Below are positions 28,109-29,409 of a stretch of DNA of 29,409 bases, in pieces. The notes below the pieces were generated by a model. That model saw only the letters and a list, made by a program, of their open reading frames with translations, made no database searches and was not told the DNA's origin. The DNA is taken from positions 1-29,409 of the forward strand of contig JAWBMD010000012.1 in assembly GCA_039000985.1 (NCBI GenBank), read 5' to 3'. Each line of letters begins with the position of its first letter. The stretch's first letter is position 1. This DNA is from Candidatus Aenigmatarchaeota archaeon (lineage in GTDB: Archaea; Aenigmatarchaeota; Aenigmatarchaeia; CG10238-14; SpSt-28). The translations under genes and the position numbers were made by a program.

Positions 28109-28321
28109 ATGGTTGAAAAGGACAGCTGGGCTGCAGAAGTTATAGAAATATTAGGAAGAAGTGGAGTAAAAGGAATAATTCAAGTAAAATGTAAAGTTTT
28201 AGAAGGGCCAAATAAAGATAAAATTTTAATAAGAAATGTATCCGGACCAGTAAGAGTTGGAGATATTTTAATGCTAAGAGAAACTGAAATGGAAACAGTC
28301 GGTAAAATTCAACAAACATGA
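28109..28321 (+). CDS. rps28e: 30S ribosomal protein S28e
   Basis: [11 protein letters not shown] and [19 protein letters not shown]. Confidence 0.96.
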   Translation: MVEKDSWAAEVIEILGRSGVKGIIQVKCKVLEGPNKDKILIRNVSGPVRVGDILMLRETEMETVGKIQQT

Positions 28322-28473
28322 ATTGTAGTTTTTGTAAGTCGGAACTAAAATTTGGAAGTGGAAAAATGTTTGTAAAAAAAGATGGAACAATTTATTATTT
28401 TTGCTCGAGTAAATGTGAAAAATATTTTTTAATGGGTAAAAATCCTAAAAAATTAAAATGGACTAGAAAATGA
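28318..28473 (+). CDS. rpl24e: 50S ribosomal protein L24e (missed by the ORF track)
   Basis: [51 protein letters not shown]; canonical position after rps28e. Confidence 0.95.
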   Translation: MNCSFCKSELKFGSGKMFVKKDGTIYYFCSSKCEKYFLMGKNPKKLKWTRK

Positions 28474-29409
28474 GATTTGGAATAAATAATTTAGAAAAGC
28501 TTGTAGATCAAACATTTAGTTTTATAAAAAGTTTAAAGGGGAAAACAGTAAATGTAGAGGAAACTTTAATCGAAATGTTTAAAAACAATTTTATAACTTC
28601 TGACATATTTTTCATATTTTTGGGTGAGCTTAAAAAAAGAGATCTTTTGGAATCTCAAAAAAATATAGTTACATTTAAAGAATTTGCAGATACAGATTTA
28701 GAAAAAATAAAAAGCTTTATAATTAAAAAAACGATGAAAGAAAAGAAAATTTTTATAACTCCGTGGGATATTGCAAAATTTTATATTTGCCCAAGAAGAG
28801 TGTGGCTCGAAAAAGTTGTTTTATCGAGAGAATATAAAAAGGGGAAAGGAGTGAATTGGGATGGAGAAGCACTGCATCTAGCTATAAAAGAAGCTTTGTT
28901 GGGAAAAAATGTTGAAGAAGCAATTGAAATTGCATTAAAACAATATGAAGGAAAAATTGTTAAGCTAAAAAAAGAAGAAATGTTAAATTTCATATCAAAA
29001 ATTTTAGAATTAGTGAAAAGTGATAATTTTAAATATTTTTGCCCGGAAAGAGAAATATTATCTTTGCAATACAAAATTTTTGGAATTCCAGATATAGCAA
29101 TAATTGATAAAGATAATGTTGCTTCTATTATTGAAATAAAATATGGAAGTATAAGCACTGAAATAAGAAAGGAGCATTTAATACAGTTAACTGGAGAAAG
29201 TATTATTTGTAGCTCATTTTTCAGAAAAAAACCAGCTTATGCTTATTTAGTATATTATAAAGCAAATAAAATAGTAAAGGTTGAAATAACAAAAAGAGAA
29301 ATAAAAAATTTCTTGCTTTTGAATAAGAAAATTCTCTCAACATTTTCTAAAAGAAATATTCCATCTACGAGTAGAGTACCAAACTTTAGAAATGTTGTTT
29401 GCCCACATT
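28470..29409 (+). CDS. Solo Cas4/Dna2-like PD-(D/E)xK nuclease with an N-terminal extension; 3'-truncated
   Basis: Open frame from ATG 28470 to the window end. Motifs: [45 protein letters not shown], and ...VVCPH (likely the start of the C-terminal Cys cluster). Confidence 0.85.
   Translation, partial: MRFGINNLEKLVDQTFSFIKSLKGKTVNVEETLIEMFKNNFITSDIFFIFLGELKKRDLLESQKNIVTFKEFADTDLEKIKSFIIKKTMKEKKIFITPWDIAKFYICPRRVWLEKVVLSREYKKGKGVNWDGEALHLAIKEALLGKNVEEAIEIALKQYEGKIVKLKKEEMLNFISKILELVKSDNFKYFCPEREILSLQYKIFGIPDIAIIDKDNVASIIEIKYGSISTEIRKEHLIQLTGESIICSSFFRKKPAYAYLVYYKANKIVKVEITKREIKNFLLLNKKILSTFSKRNIPSTSRVPNFRNVVCPH

Noticed and set aside
19092..29158. ORFs at 19092, 19366, 24160, 24834, 25811, 27341, 27696 and 28781
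   Set aside because: Antisense to ppsA, rfcL, rfcS, asnS, ppa, rpl7ae and the Cas4-like gene.
1..29409. CRISPR array, IS element, integrase, intein or tRNA intron
   Set aside because: No regularly spaced repeats or transposase/integrase motifs were seen; rfcS is normal length; both tRNAs fold without introns.

Overview
Very AT-rich, highly compact archaeal chromosome segment. It is most consistent with a DPANN archaeon (possibly Aenigmarchaeota-like; this is inferred from gene content and pilin types, not from a database search). Housekeeping genes: gatD, tRNA-Val(CAC), archaeal alanine dehydrogenase, GINS, an AcuC/HDAC deacetylase, tRNA-Leu(TAG), ppsA, archaeal GAPDH, pgk, rfcL, rfcS, rpl21e, asnS, ppa and rpl7ae-rps28e-rpl24e. 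Accessory or surface genes: a LamG-containing pilin, an Egghead-like GT2 glycosyltransferase, an MFS transporter, vapBC, and a cluster of six class III signal peptide (type IV pilin-like) genes plus one membrane protein. Features the ORF track missed: both tRNAs, rpl24e, a deletion-riddled bacterial-type coaD pseudogene, a flavin reductase gene broken by one in-frame TAG, and a solo Cas4-like nuclease coupled to rpl24e. The most unusual items are a tandem HTH/inactive-phosphoesterase plus HTH/active-phosphoesterase protein, an ATP-cone/Mrr-nuclease gene among gluconeogenesis genes, and two pilins that appear to be encoded without a cleavable leader.
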